Of a DNA stretch of 64,000 bases, positions 49,595-57,198 are shown one piece after another. The notes under the pieces were generated by a model. That model was given only the letters and a program-made list of their open reading frames with translations, ran no database searches and was not told where the DNA came from. The stretch comes from a virus. Its lineage: Duplodnaviria > Heunggongvirae > Uroviricota > Caudoviricetes. A program made the position numbers and the translations under genes. Position 1 is the stretch's first letter, and the number at the start of each line of letters is the position of its first letter. The stretch is taken from IMG/VR virus record IMGVR_UViG_3300029543_000174, positions 50,821 through 114,820 of that record; one strand, given 5' to 3'.

Positions 49595-49670
49595 GTGTCA
49601 TTAGCTCAGTAGGTAGAGCAACAGACTTTTAATTTGCAGGTCAAGGGTTCAATTCCCTTATGACACACCA
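49595..49670 (+). tRNA. tRNA-Lys (UUU), CCA encoded
   Basis: Acceptor GTGTCAT/ATGACAC. D arm GCTC-AGTAGGTA-GAGC. Anticodon loop CTTTTAA, with one A-C mismatch in the anticodon stem. T arm AAGGG-TTCAATT-CCCTT. Confidence 0.7.
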
Positions 49671-49689
49671 CTTAATAGGGCTGAATTAG

Positions 49690-49825
49690 CAGCCTGATGC
49701 TACTGGTAAACACATTTTTGTGTTTGGTAGTAATGAAATAATCAAGGTTAAGCAGTTAGTTGGTTTGCATTTGTCAGAACTCAATAGAGCTGCTTAACAA
49801 GATTATATAGTGTAATTAATTTGAG
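49690..49825 (+). other. conserved array leader, copy 2
   Basis: About 90% identical to leader copies 1 and 3. Confidence 0.5.
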
Positions 49826-49993
49826 GTTTTTGTACTGTAGTAAATTACACTACTCTAAAAGCGCCGCAGAATTGCTTCCACGGTGGTCTTTGTTTTGGTA
49901 CTGTAGTAAATTACACTACTCTAAAAGGACAGCTACAGTTTTAGGCACGGTTTTCTTGTTTTTGTACTGTAGTAAATTACACTACTCTTAACG
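49826..49993 (+). CRISPR. CRISPR-like mini-array 2 (3 repeats of 36 nt, 2 spacers of 30 nt)
   Basis: Repeats GTTTTTGTACTGTAGTAAATTACACTACTCTAAAAG, then the GTTTTGG variant, then a degenerate terminal repeat ending CTTAACG. Spacers CGCCGCAGAATTGCTTCCACGGTGGTCTTT and GACAGCTACAGTTTTAGGCACGGTTTTCTT. Confidence 0.55.
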
Positions 49994-50056
49994 TTGTTTG
50001 TTTTGAGAAATGCAAGACAAAGAGTAGTAAATTTCATTTAAAAGAGGAAAAAATAA

Positions 50057-50497
50057 ATGCATTTAGATACAGCAGTAATATTTTTTATTGGTGTTCCTGT
50101 ATATTTGCTAATGGCATTATTATCAAGAAAATTTGCGTATGTTGAAGCATCAATTGGATTGCTAATATGTTCAATTGTTAGCCTATTTACAGAAAACACA
50201 GGAATAATTTGTTTGGTGATATATTTTGGACCATTCATTGTTTCAGCTATTATGAAACCAATAGAAAATAGGATAAATAAAAAGAAACAAGAAAAAGAAT
50301 TGCATAAATTTGCGGATATGCAAAAAGGAAAGGTGGGTGTTATCCATGAATTAGAAGATGGCAACTTATATTTATTCCTCTCAGGTAGATATTGGCAAAT
50401 ATCCGAACAGTCGAGAATTAAATATAATTGTGAGGAACAAGATGCCGTTAAGGTATTAGATATTAATACAGATAGACTTATCGTTAAGCCTATTTAG
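50057..50497 (+). CDS. NfeD-like membrane protein (short form)
   Basis: N-terminal TM segments. The C-terminus GKVGVIHELEDGNLYLFLSGRYWQISEQ...AVKVLDINTDRLIVKP fits the NfeD OB-fold pattern (ref. G.G.v..G..W.A.s...i..G..V.V....L.V.P). Confidence 0.5.
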   Translation: MHLDTAVIFFIGVPVYLLMALLSRKFAYVEASIGLLICSIVSLFTENTGIICLVIYFGPFIVSAIMKPIENRINKKKQEKELHKFADMQKGKVGVIHELEDGNLYLFLSGRYWQISEQSRIKYNCEEQDAVKVLDINTDRLIVKPI

Positions 50498-50501
50498 TAT
50501 A

Positions 50502-50652
50502 TATGGGTAGACTTAGCTACCTGAAACTACCGGTAAACGCATTTTTGCGCTTGGTAGTAATGAAATAATCGAGATTAAGCAGTTAGTTGGTTTGCATTCG
50601 TCAGAACTTAATAGAGCTGTTTGATAAGATTATGTAGTCGTAATAATTTGAG
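50502..50652 (+). other. conserved array leader, copy 3
   Basis: About 90% identical to leader copies 1 and 2. Confidence 0.5.
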
Positions 50653-50818
50653 GTTTTAGAACCATATATAACTACACTACTCTAAAAGTACCGAAGAAGA
50701 ACGAAGCGGTGCATAAAAGTTTTAGAACCATATATAACTACACTACTCTAAAAGGTCTGAGATAGTTGCAACAATAAAAAACTTTGGAACTGTATTATAT
50801 TACACTATTTTTTAAAAA
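50653..50818 (+). CRISPR. CRISPR-like mini-array 3 (2 clean repeats plus 1 degenerate; spacers of about 30 nt)
   Basis: Repeat variant GTTTTAGAACCATATATAACTACACTACTCTAAAAG appears twice. Spacer TACCGAAGAAGAACGAAGCGGTGCATAAAA. The third unit is degenerate (TGGAACTGTATTATATTACACTATTTTTT). Confidence 0.5.
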
Positions 50819-50833
50819 AAGGAGATAAAAATT

Positions 50834-51238
50834 ATGCTAAAAATTGCAAAACCAAACTTCTTCGTAAATGAAGAAAAGAGAACAATCGTTGGTAAGTTGA
50901 TTATGCCGGATGATAAAGAATTATTTGATGTTGCTCAATTAGTTGACGAGGTTGACGAAGATTTCTGTTATGAAAATCTTAAAAATTCCTATGACTTTAC
51001 TATTTTTGAAGCAAAGGCAAAGTGCTGCCCCGAAGACAAGTGGGATGTAGAAAAAGGAAAGGCCATTGTTAATGAACGATTGGGTAAAATGATTATTCAA
51101 AGAGTTAAACGTCAGGCTAAAGAAGAAAGAACAAAAATTATTAATCGTATCAGTGAACTCGATGAAATCATAAAGCATTGTGATAAAAGCATCGACAATT
51201 CAAACAAACATATTGATAAAATTATCAAGGGGGAATAA
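50834..51238 (+). CDS. hypothetical protein
   Basis: AAAGGAGA RBS. Confidence 0.45.
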   Translation: MLKIAKPNFFVNEEKRTIVGKLIMPDDKELFDVAQLVDEVDEDFCYENLKNSYDFTIFEAKAKCCPEDKWDVEKGKAIVNERLGKMIIQRVKRQAKEERTKIINRISELDEIIKHCDKSIDNSNKHIDKIIKGE

Positions 51239-51240
51239 TT

Positions 51241-52191
51241 ATGAGTTTAGCTAAGAAAGTATTATCGGTTGGTATTGCTTCTATTATGGCAATGTCAGCT
51301 ATTGGAGTTGGCACTACTGCACTTGCCGAACCAATTAATTCTGTTCAGTCGGCTACTTCAATTTCACTAAATGAGAGTAAAACTGTAACCTTGAAATATG
51401 GTGATATTGGTAATTATGATGACATCTCGGAAGATACTGTTTACTATAAGTTTACTGCTCCGACCACTAATTATTATGAATTTACCTTAACAGGTTACAA
51501 GACAAGAATTGATAATAATGACCCAAGTGCTTATATTGATATAACAGATGAATATGGCGTCAATGCATCGTCAAGTGGGGGCTTATTTAATCCGTATTTT
51601 AATGATGTAAAATCAATTGCCTATTTGGAACAAGGAAAGTCATATATAATCAATGTCTTTTACTCACCAATTGGTACTCAAGAGTACAATTCAAAGGACT
51701 ATGCCGAAACAGCAATTACACTAACTGTTTCTCCACATACACATGACATTACAAGTGTCGTTAATGACGGATATACAGACTACACCTGCAAGCGTTGCAA
51801 TTATTCATATACCGAATTTAAACCGTTACCGACATCTCCTTCACAGCCTACACAGGCTCCTACAAGCACTGTTACTCCAATAACAGCAAGTAAGGTATCA
51901 AAGCCAAAAAAGACTAAAATTAAAAAGGTAAAGGCTGCTAAGAAGGCATTGGCAGTTACTTGGAATAAAGTATCCGGCGTAAAAGGTTATCAAGTACAGG
52001 CTGCAACAGACAAAAAGTTCAAAAAGAACAAGAAAACTGTTACAATCAAGAAGCAAAAAACTACTAAGACAACCGTAAAGAAACTTAAAGCTAAGAAAAA
52101 GTATTACGTAAGAGTAAGAACTTACAAGACCATAAATGGAAAAAAGGTTTACTCGGCTTGGTCAAGTGTAAAAAATGTAAAAACTAAATAG
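51241..52191 (+). CDS. secreted protein with shared Lys-rich Fn3-like C-terminal module
   Basis: Signal peptide. The C-terminal ~100 aa are nearly identical to the C-terminus of the 60296 protein. Confidence 0.5.
   Translation: MSLAKKVLSVGIASIMAMSAIGVGTTALAEPINSVQSATSISLNESKTVTLKYGDIGNYDDISEDTVYYKFTAPTTNYYEFTLTGYKTRIDNNDPSAYIDITDEYGVNASSSGGLFNPYFNDVKSIAYLEQGKSYIINVFYSPIGTQEYNSKDYAETAITLTVSPHTHDITSVVNDGYTDYTCKRCNYSYTEFKPLPTSPSQPTQAPTSTVTPITASKVSKPKKTKIKKVKAAKKALAVTWNKVSGVKGYQVQAATDKKFKKNKKTVTIKKQKTTKTTVKKLKAKKKYYVRVRTYKTINGKKVYSAWSSVKNVKTK
51848..52140 (+). repeat. about 290 bp nearly identical to 63724..64000 (shared C-terminal module of two surface-protein genes)
   Basis: Direct comparison of the nucleotide strings gives about 93% identity. 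Confidence 0.7.
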
Positions 52192-52269
52192 ACTTTTTTG
52201 TAAATCTAAAAAGCACCATAGAATTTTGATTTTCTATGGTGCTTTTTTATTTTTCTAAAAATAAAAAAC

Positions 52270-52288
52270 TTGCGCGATATATATATTG
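52270..52288 (+). promoter_or_regulatory. short-form promoter-like core TTGCGCGATATATATATTG
   Basis: First of four tandem copies in 52.2-52.7 kb. Followed by a strong RBS and a 34-aa peptide gene. Confidence 0.5.
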
Positions 52289-52311
52289 AACGAAGCAGTT
52301 AGGAGGAATGT

Positions 52312-52416
52312 TATGACACTTACAGGAAACATAATTTTGCTGATTGTATGTTCAATTACATTTATTGCAAGTTTGACGGCTCTCATTTTGAGAAGTGTCA
52401 AAAAACACAAAAAATG
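52312..52416 (+). CDS. small hydrophobic peptide (34 aa)
   Basis: TTAGGAGGAATG RBS. Sequence MTLTGNIILLIVCSITFIASLTALILRSVKKHKK. Confidence 0.3.
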
Positions 52417-52446
52417 AAAAAATTTAATATTCAAAAATTTTAAAAA

Positions 52447-52465
52447 GTTGCGCGATATATAAAGT
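52447..52465 (+). promoter_or_regulatory. short-form promoter-like core TTGCGCGATATATAAAGTG
   Basis: Tandem copy 2. Confidence 0.45.
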
Positions 52466-52536
52466 GAAAGGTGAATAACACTCATTTGATATTAGAAATT
52501 TGGAGCTTGATTATAACCTTTCTGAAAATAAAAAAA

Positions 52537-52555
52537 TTGCGCGATATAGAAAATG
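52537..52555 (+). promoter_or_regulatory. short-form promoter-like core TTGCGCGATATAGAAAATG
   Basis: Tandem copy 3. Confidence 0.45.
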
Positions 52556-52673
52556 GTGAGGTTAAACCGCACTGGCGTAAATATCGTATTGAAAATTATA
52601 AAAAATCAAATAGAACCTGCTTTGAGTGTATATTTTGAGGATTTGTATTTGATTTTATGAAAAAAAATTTTCT

Positions 52674-52692
52674 TGCGCGATATCTTAAGTGA
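52674..52692 (+). promoter_or_regulatory. short-form promoter-like core TTGCGCGATATCTTAAGTG
   Basis: Tandem copy 4. Confidence 0.45.
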
Positions 52693-52932
52693 CAGCACTA
52701 ATAATCGAGCTGTTCAAAAGGCTGGATAAGCCGTTATTATGATTGTTTTAGTCTGAATATTACATAAAAATACTTGAATTAAAGGGTTTATACAAACATT
52801 GTTATTTACTCTTCGGGCAAAAATAATTCACTTTTTTGATGATATCAGGCTTGAACATATATCTATTCAATGCATCTAAACAAAATACTACTTTCCGCAT
52901 TGGAAATCTAATGAAAGGAGAACATATAGTAC

Positions 52933-53100
52933 ATGAAAACTATTTTCGAGGAATACGGTACAGTAATCATCGTTGCAATTGCTATCGTTGCTCTTATTGC
53001 TATCGTAACATTTATCCTTGGCGATGACCAGATTAAGGGCAAGTTCAAGGATCTTGTAACAAGCTTCTTCAATCAGGTTAAGTTTGACGCAGCAGCTTAA
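52933..53100 (+). CDS. Flp-like pilin candidate (55 aa)
   Basis: AAAGGAGAA RBS. MKTIFEEYGTVIIVAIAIVALIAIV has an EY-G motif followed by a hydrophobic helix, as in Flp prepilins (ref. IEYGLIAALIAV). Confidence 0.4.
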   Translation: MKTIFEEYGTVIIVAIAIVALIAIVTFILGDDQIKGKFKDLVTSFFNQVKFDAAA

Positions 53101-53212
53101 TTAAATTGATTTGAAAAGGTTTTAAGTCTTGAACAGACACGTGCCACACCTTGTTTCTTGATGGACGAGGTGTGGCTTTTTCTTTGAAAATGATTTTTGT
53201 GGGTGAATTTAT

Positions 53213-54508
53213 ATGGGAATTTTTAGTAAGAAAAATAATGATTTAGAGAATATAGAAAATACAGAAATCGTTACTCTGATAGAAGAAAAGAAAGAGAAAA
53301 CGGAATCTCAGATTATAAATGAGATGCAAAAGGATTATTTATCTAAAAGAGAAAATCTTGGCGATTGGGATTTAGAGCCTAAAGATTTCGGACCGGTATG
53401 GAGTTATGTTGCAGATGAAAATGTCACAGATATTAACTTGAATATGGACGGTCACGATTTGTGGATTACTGATTTAAACAAGGGTAAATATCGAGTTGAA
53501 CCGGAAACATTTAAACAAAAATGTGATGAATGGTTAGAAACACAGGATGCACTTGAATTTGGAAATACAGAGCAGCAGGATTCAAACAGTTTATTTGTAA
53601 AGCAATTCGTACACAGAGTTGGTAATAAGCAAAGTAGGCAATTTAATAAACAAAAACCGTTACTTGAAGCAGAAACAGGAAATCTTCGTATATCGTGCGT
53701 TCATTCATCTGCGGCAGTATCTGGTATATCAATATGTATAAGAAAAACACCACCTGTAATGAGAATTACACCTAAAAAAGCGTTAGAGCAAAAATATTTT
53801 ACAGAAGATATTTTGTGTTTGCTAACCAATTGCGTTAAGGCAAAAATGAATTTTGTCTTTTGCGGTGAACCGGGTGTAGGTAAAACAGAATGTGCAAAAT
53901 TCTTTTCCCAATTTATTAATGCTGAGGATAGAGTTATTACAATCGAAGATAACCCTGAATTACACTACAGAGAAATTAATCCCGGCAAGGATTGTGTTGA
54001 ATTGAAAGTATTTGAGCCTATGTTTACATACAGTACAGCTATTAAGGCTTGCCTTCGTCAAAACCCTCAATGGATTATGCTTTCTGAGGCACGTTCAACA
54101 GAAGTTAAATATCTTCTTGAATGTTGGTCAACCGGTGTATCAGGTTTTACTACACTTCATACTGATGATGTAAGAAAAATTCCGGACCGTATCCAAAACA
54201 TGATGGGAGATAGCAGAGATGCCGAAAGACTTGAAAATGATATTTTTTCTTTCGTAAATATTGGAATACTACTTCGTAAAAAGAAGGATGAAAACGGCAA
54301 TACATATCGTTATATTGATCAAGTTTGCTTTTTTGATAGAAGTAATGGTAAAAACAATATTGTGATGATGGTTGAAAACGGACAAATGATTAACAACAAT
54401 GGAGAAAAACCAAAAATTCCTGACTATATTTTAAAGCGGTTAAGCTTTGTGGATATAACTGATCCTTATTCGGGATTAAACGAAATTTTGAAGGGAGAAA
54501 AAGATTAA
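53213..54508 (+). CDS. CpaF/TadA (VirB11-family) secretion ATPase
   Basis: Walker A CGEPGVGKTE, RQNPQWIMLSEAR (ref. RxxPDxIxvGEiR), and a His box TLHTDD. Confidence 0.7.
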   Translation: MGIFSKKNNDLENIENTEIVTLIEEKKEKTESQIINEMQKDYLSKRENLGDWDLEPKDFGPVWSYVADENVTDINLNMDGHDLWITDLNKGKYRVEPETFKQKCDEWLETQDALEFGNTEQQDSNSLFVKQFVHRVGNKQSRQFNKQKPLLEAETGNLRISCVHSSAAVSGISICIRKTPPVMRITPKKALEQKYFTEDILCLLTNCVKAKMNFVFCGEPGVGKTECAKFFSQFINAEDRVITIEDNPELHYREINPGKDCVELKVFEPMFTYSTAIKACLRQNPQWIMLSEARSTEVKYLLECWSTGVSGFTTLHTDDVRKIPDRIQNMMGDSRDAERLENDIFSFVNIGILLRKKKDENGNTYRYIDQVCFFDRSNGKNNIVMMVENGQMINNNGEKPKIPDYILKRLSFVDITDPYSGLNEILKGEKD

Positions 54509-56364
54509 TGGATAAACGTGAAAAAATCGAAAAGAAAAAGGAACGTCTTGAAACTAAAATCAAAGATTGTGATGACCAAATTGCAGAAATCGAAAAAGCA
54601 AAAGCTTTAAAAGCAAAAATCGAAAAGATGAAACAAGAGGAACGTCTTGAAAAAGCCGAACAGAAAAAATTAAAGCAACTGCAAAGAGAATATGCAAGAG
54701 AGCAGGATAAAATCCGTAAGAAGAACGAACAAATTGCTCAAAAGAATAAAGTTGTTGAAAAACGTGAAGCTGAAAAAGAAACAAAGGCTAAAAAAGATTT
54801 CAACAAAAGAGAAAAGTATCTTAAATACGGTGTTGATCCTAATATAAAAACATTACCAAAAAAGAAAAAAGTAAATGTTTTTAAAATGCTTGATTACAAT
54901 CAATTGCAGATGGAAGTAAATAAATACGGATATCATTATTCGTTTAAGAAAATTCTTATGCATTACCTTATTGCAGTTATTCTTGCTGTTGCAGTCGGTA
55001 TGGTGTTTAAACTCAAATTCTATCTTATCGGAGTTATTGTCCTTGCCGCAATTATCTTTACGCCGTCAATAATTCTTACTTCTGTAAAAGGAATGTATGA
55101 AGGTAAACGATTTTATGACGTAGCAAATTATATTGAAACTCTCTTATATTCTTTCAGACGTAAGGAAAAAATCCTTGATGCACTTGAAGATACATATACG
55201 TCATATAAAAAAGACAAAGGCAAAATGGGTGACTGTATTGCAAAGGCAATAAATCATATTAAATTTTCCAACTCTGTCGGTGATGTTTCAAAAGAAGCTT
55301 TATCAATCATTGAGGATGAATATGAACATAATGAAAGAATGGTTAATGTTCACAACTTCCTTATTGCTGTTGAAAATAATGGTGGTGATGTTCGTAGACC
55401 GGTTGATTTACTTCTTAAAGAAAGAAATATGTGGGATGAAAGAAACCATTCGTTCCAGAAAGAAAAGACAACTGTAAGAAGAAATATTGCTATTTCAATT
55501 ATATGCTCAGTTGGACTTTGTGTATTCCTTCTTTATATCCTCGGAACAGGACAAATGGCTGAACTTGATATTATTCACAATAATCTTGTTCAAATTACAT
55601 CAACCGTTGCAATTATTGCAAGTATGGCTATGTATGTAATGGCTATAAACAAATTATCTCAGAGCTGGTTGGCTAAAAATACTAAATACAGTGATTATCA
55701 GGTATTAAGAAACTACTTTAATGCAAAAGATTTTGACTTCGTTTCTGAAATGAAATCAAGCTTATTGTTTTCCGTAATTGGTGTATTACTAATTGTCCTT
55801 GGTATTTCAAGAGGAATTAAAGTTACGATTATTCTCGGTGCTGCACTGACAATTTTCTTTATTTGTGCACCTCTTATTGCTCATTCAACAGCAAAGAAAG
55901 TAACAAACAAAGAAATTACAAAAGCGTTCCCTGAATGGCTTATGAACGTTGCACTTCTTATGCAACAAGATAATGTTCAGGTGGCTATTGCTAAGAGTGT
56001 TAATACTGCACCTGCAGTATTAAGACCTGATCTTACAAAACTTGTTAAAGATTTCTACAAAGAGCCTAACAGTATTAAGCCATACCAAAACTTTTTATCG
56101 GATTTTGACTTTCCTGAAATTCAGGGTGCTATGTGTATGCTTTATTCAATAACCGAAACAGGTGACGATGCCGGTGGAGAGCAAATTAACGACCTTATTG
56201 ATAAACAAAATATTCTTATGGATAAGGCAGAAAGAACGGCAAATGAAGATACCATAGCAAGCTATTCGGCATATCAAATGATGCCTATGCTTATATGTAT
56301 ATTCAAAGCTCTCCTTGATATGACAGTCCTTGTAATGGGATTGATGTCATATATGAATAATTAA
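54508..56364 (+). CDS. large polytopic membrane protein, putative TadB/TadC-like platform (618 aa)
   Basis: ATGG-coupled to the ATPase gene. Lys/Glu-rich coiled-coil N-terminus followed by multiple TM segments. Confidence 0.45.
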   Translation: MDKREKIEKKKERLETKIKDCDDQIAEIEKAKALKAKIEKMKQEERLEKAEQKKLKQLQREYAREQDKIRKKNEQIAQKNKVVEKREAEKETKAKKDFNKREKYLKYGVDPNIKTLPKKKKVNVFKMLDYNQLQMEVNKYGYHYSFKKILMHYLIAVILAVAVGMVFKLKFYLIGVIVLAAIIFTPSIILTSVKGMYEGKRFYDVANYIETLLYSFRRKEKILDALEDTYTSYKKDKGKMGDCIAKAINHIKFSNSVGDVSKEALSIIEDEYEHNERMVNVHNFLIAVENNGGDVRRPVDLLLKERNMWDERNHSFQKEKTTVRRNIAISIICSVGLCVFLLYILGTGQMAELDIIHNNLVQITSTVAIIASMAMYVMAINKLSQSWLAKNTKYSDYQVLRNYFNAKDFDFVSEMKSSLLFSVIGVLLIVLGISRGIKVTIILGAALTIFFICAPLIAHSTAKKVTNKEITKAFPEWLMNVALLMQQDNVQVAIAKSVNTAPAVLRPDLTKLVKDFYKEPNSIKPYQNFLSDFDFPEIQGAMCMLYSITETGDDAGGEQINDLIDKQNILMDKAERTANEDTIASYSAYQMMPMLICIFKALLDMTVLVMGLMSYMNN

Positions 56365-56380
56365 TGTGAGGTAAACAACT

Positions 56381-56698
56381 ATGAGTAGTGTTATCAAATC
56401 TTATACTTCAATCATTTTTATCATTATTGCTTTTGTTGTGTCAATTGGTGTTATTTCAATGAGTGTTGATATTCAAAACGCAAGAAATTTTTATAGCACT
56501 GCTGTTACCGAAATCGAAAACAGTGATGCTAACGACAAAGTTATTGAAGCGTTACAAAATGATGCCAAGAAAAATAAGTACAAACTCACAGTCACTAAAA
56601 CAACCGGCGGTACAGCTAAAGTTGTTCTTGAATACAAATATTCCTTCAGATTTTTAAATATATCAAATAATCAAAAAATTGAAGGATATGCCCGATAA
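56381..56698 (+). CDS. pseudopilin/TadE-like small membrane protein
   Basis: N-terminal TM, 105 aa, sited in the pilus locus. Confidence 0.35.
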   Translation: MSSVIKSYTSIIFIIIAFVVSIGVISMSVDIQNARNFYSTAVTEIENSDANDKVIEALQNDAKKNKYKLTVTKTTGGTAKVVLEYKYSFRFLNISNNQKIEGYAR

Positions 56699-56710
56699 GG
56701 AGGTAAAGCA

Positions 56711-56809
56711 ATGCGTTTAATTATTGAAGAATATGGACTTGCTGTTGTTTTTACTATCTTTATCGGGGGATTAATCGGCTTGCTTTTTAAATTAGTGACT
56801 CAATTGTAG
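56711..56809 (+). CDS. Flp-like pilin candidate (32 aa)
   Basis: AAGGAGG RBS. Sequence MRLIIEEYGLAVVFTIFIGGLIGLLFKLVTQL. Confidence 0.35.
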   Translation: MRLIIEEYGLAVVFTIFIGGLIGLLFKLVTQL

Positions 56810-56821
56810 GGGGGATTGTTT

Positions 56822-56965
56822 TTGAAAGATATATTTGAAGAATACGGAGATTTCATATTACAGATTATCGGAGGTTTTGCCGTATTGGGAATTGTATTCT
56901 CACTTTTTTCAAAAAACGGTTTGCTCAACGAAGCACTTGCCTCAGTCTTTAATTCTGTTACATAA
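56822..56965 (+). CDS. Flp-like pilin candidate (47 aa, TTG start)
   Basis: KDIFEEYGDFILQIIGGFAVLGIVFSLF. Confidence 0.35.
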   Translation: MKDIFEEYGDFILQIIGGFAVLGIVFSLFSKNGLLNEALASVFNSVT

Positions 56966-56978
56966 GGAGTGATTTGCT

Positions 56979-57182
56979 TTGAAAATAATTTTTAGTGAAT
57001 CCGGTAAAACAATTATTGCTATTTTGGTAGCACTAATAATGATTGGTACATTTGCTATGGGCGGTTTCTTTGCCGACTTGCTATCTGATTATGGTAATAA
57101 AAATAATAATGTATCATATTCAGATAGTGATAAAGCTTTTGCCGATTATATTCCGGATGAAAGTACAACATCAAATACTTAA
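56979..57182 (+). CDS. small TM protein
   Basis: TTG start with an AAGGAGTG RBS. N-terminal TM. Confidence 0.35.
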   Translation: MKIIFSESGKTIIAILVALIMIGTFAMGGFFADLLSDYGNKNNNVSYSDSDKAFADYIPDESTTSNT

Positions 57183-57198
57183 TAGGGGGTAACTTAAA

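Noticed and set aside
48366-50818. Arrays interpreted as att sites or tRNA-associated interspersed repeats rather than CRISPR.
   Set aside because: Regular 36-nt repeats, unique 30-nt spacers, degenerate terminal repeats and a conserved leader are the CRISPR architecture, so CRISPR is retained as the primary hypothesis. No integrase is present in the window.
6806-52692. Reading the recurrent motif as an ordinary sigma-A promoter (TTGCGA as -35, TATATA as -10).
   Set aside because: The downstream TTGCGA is only 2-3 bp from the TATATA element. The upstream TTGCGA is followed after 17 bp by AAATTT, not by a -10 hexamer. The geometry does not fit, so I describe it only as an element-specific promoter-like motif.
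52836-53027. Listed + ORF (63 aa) overlapping the Flp-like gene in another frame.
   Set aside because: It has no RBS. The overlapping 52933-53100 frame has a strong RBS and the conserved EEYG-hydrophobic signature shared with two other peptides.
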